Assembly: GCA_947589165.1 (NCBI GenBank)
Contig: CANQCH010000002.1
Span: 1-33,453 of the forward strand
Source: an uncultured Bacilli bacterium
Lineage (GTDB): Bacteria; Bacillota_I; Bacilli_A; RF39; UBA660
Length of the DNA stretch: 33,453 nt
Direction of reading: 5' to 3'
Shown here: one piece after another, positions 32,255 to 33,453 of the stretch
Position numbering within the stretch: position 1 is the stretch's first letter
Layout: each line of letters begins with the position of its first letter
Position numbers and translations under genes: made by a program
The notes under the pieces: model-generated
The model's input: only the letters and a program-made list of their open reading frames with translations
Databases searched by the model: none
What the model was told of the DNA's origin: nothing

Positions 32255-33407
32255 TTAAATCATTCCCTTCTATATTTTCTGGTATAATTTCTTCTTGACT
32301 AATTAATTCTTTCGCGATGATAAATATTTCTATCTCCATTTTACTATTGTTTAGCGTTTTTTTCAAAACTTTTTTATCAATTATCTCATCTTGAGGCTTT
32401 AATTTAATTTTAAGATTTGCTTCCGCCTTTTCTAACCCAATCGCTAATGCTTCTTCTTCGCTATAGGTTAAGGTCTTTTTTAGACTTTCTTTTTCCGTTT
32501 CTAAAATTAATTTATAATCAAACAAGCTTAATAATGTCCGATAAGAACTTTCATAAGTAGGAAAACGATCTTTAAAAATTTTGGTTTTGTTATTCCCCTT
32601 TTGCCAAATTAAATTATATTTTTGGCGGCCGGTGTTGGTATATTCATCATGGCTAAACGGAATACTCACCTTCACGGTATACCAAGTTTCCGCGTATACT
32701 TCACCTTCGGCGCATACCCGATTTTTTTCTTCATTATTATGGGTAATAATTCCACTGATTAGGACGTCTCCCGGTTTAACTAAATCATTAGGTCGAACTA
32801 AAGCTTCCCCTTTTTCAATCAGTAGGCTTTTAATTGTCCCTTCTTTACTAGCAATAATATTACATTTTTTATTTTCTTTATTAATGTCCGTGATTATGCG
32901 CTCTTCCACCCGAACATTAATAATCATACCATCAGTTTCAATTTCTAACCAATCTAATTTATCTGGATATTTTTCTAATAACTTTTCTTTAATTTTTTGT
33001 AATTCTTGATAACTTTTTTTAAAAGCTAAAGGTTTAACGCCTTCGGTTTCTAGTTCTTCTAAAATTAATTCTCTAATCATTTTATTTTCATGAATAACAT
33101 TAACTTCGACGACTAAGTGACTACAAATTAATAAAAACGCCAAACCGATGAGAAAACAAATTAAAAATAAATGATATTTTTGGAAATTACTTTTAAGAGC
33201 ATACCAACCTAAATCTTTTACCTTTTGAAACTTATAACTAACTAAATATTTTTGAATTTTATCGGCTGTTTTTGCCTCAACTTTTAAATAAATAAAGGGC
33301 TTTTCATATTTAATGGCTAATATGGCTAAATTTAATTGGGCTAACTTATTAACTAATTTATAATAATCAGAACATTGGGCTTTAAGCCATAAATAATGTT
33401 TATTCAT
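32223..33407 (-). CDS. yqfD: Sporulation protein YqfD
   Basis: 394 aa with a single TM (LFLICFLIGLAFLLICSHLVV) after a ~80-aa N-domain. Size and architecture fit YqfD. Its start ATG overlaps the stop of a preceding yqfC-like ORF. Confidence 0.75.
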   Translation of the reverse strand: MNKHYLWLKAQCSDYYKLVNKLAQLNLAILAIKYEKPFIYLKVEAKTADKIQKYLVSYKFQKVKDLGWYALKSNFQKYHLFLICFLIGLAFLLICSHLVVEVNVIHENKMIRELILEELETEGVKPLAFKKSYQELQKIKEKLLEKYPDKLDWLEIETDGMIINVRVEERIITDINKENKKCNIIASKEGTIKSLLIEKGEALVRPNDLVKPGDVLISGIITHNNEEKNRVCAEGEVYAETWYTVKVSIPFSHDEYTNTGRQKYNLIWQKGNNKTKIFKDRFPTYESSYRTLLSLFDYKLILETEKESLKKTLTYSEEEALAIGLEKAEANLKIKLKPQDEIIDKKVLKKTLNNSKMEIEIFIIAKELISQEEIIPENIEGNDLSDMEYNQNNH

Positions 33408-33453
33408 CGACTTTACCTACATTGGTAATTTGCCCTTTAATTAAAAGTTCTTT
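33400..33453 (-). CDS. yqfC: 3' end of a yqfC-like sporulation gene (truncated by the window edge)
   Basis: An open frame runs to the window end: ...KELLIKGQITNVGKVDE-stop. The stop overlaps the yqfD start (ATGAATAA). The call rests on yqfC-yqfD synteny only. Confidence 0.4.
   Translation of the reverse strand, partial: KELLIKGQITNVGKVDE

Noticed and set aside
281-33009. Other short ORFs nested in or antisense to long genes: 281..475, 1064..1258, 7290..7538, 8040..8267, 12032..12214, 14876..15094, 16940..17245, 18281..18523, 23069..23305, 23881..24105, 31377..31589, 32581..33009
   Set aside because: Each lies fully within a longer ORF that has clear family motifs. The translations are low-complexity with shadow-frame composition (Ser/Leu/Ile/Phe-rich), and none has a convincing SD sequence.
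1-33453. Mollicutes-type genetic code 4 (TGA = Trp), given the very AT-rich sequence
   Set aside because: Long conserved genes read through correctly with code 11. Gene C ends at a TGA that is followed at the correct distance by the gene D start, and Trp positions in conserved motifs (for example ESWHYRY) are TGG. PBP, sortase and sporulation genes also indicate a walled Bacillota organism.

Overview
AT-rich (by eye about 30% G+C) chromosomal segment using the standard code (TGA is a stop, TGG encodes Trp). It comes from a cell-walled, spore-forming low-GC Bacillota member, since yqfC/yqfD, a class B PBP and sortase B are present; the genus cannot be determined from sequence alone. Nearly all genes are on the minus strand.

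Positions 9.6-33.4 kb are conserved housekeeping:
- yqfC(partial)-yqfD-vanZ-ybeY-dgkA-era-yqzL-recO
- nfo, a PBP2-type transpeptidase, and rpmG-efp
- a sortase B gene next to a candidate substrate gene, and a VanY-type carboxypeptidase
- one long unit, dnaE-polC-mazG-like-yqeG-yqeH-mutL-yceD-rpmF

Two small genes missing from the ORF track were found by hand: rpmG at 25471..25635 and yqzL at 29769..29858.

Positions 1.0-9.6 kb, just downstream of the rpmF terminator, look like an accessory locus and are the main candidate for something undescribed. A tightly coupled four-gene operon has its own sigmaA-like promoter and terminator. It encodes:
- (A) a 358-aa orphan protein
- (B) a McrB-like AAA+ NTPase whose N-terminus is two TM helices plus a coiled coil rather than a DNA-binding domain
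- (C) a McrC/DUF2357-like partner with no recognisable nuclease domain
- (D) a single-pass membrane protein with about 25 Cys-containing thrombospondin-type-3-like Ca-binding motifs, arranged as three 402-bp super-repeats

A separately promoted gene (E) follows. It encodes a signal-anchored exoprotein with a glycoside-hydrolase-like core, and a small holin-like gene lies after it.

No tRNA, rRNA, CRISPR array, transposase or integrase was seen. All family assignments come from motif recognition by eye, not from database searches.
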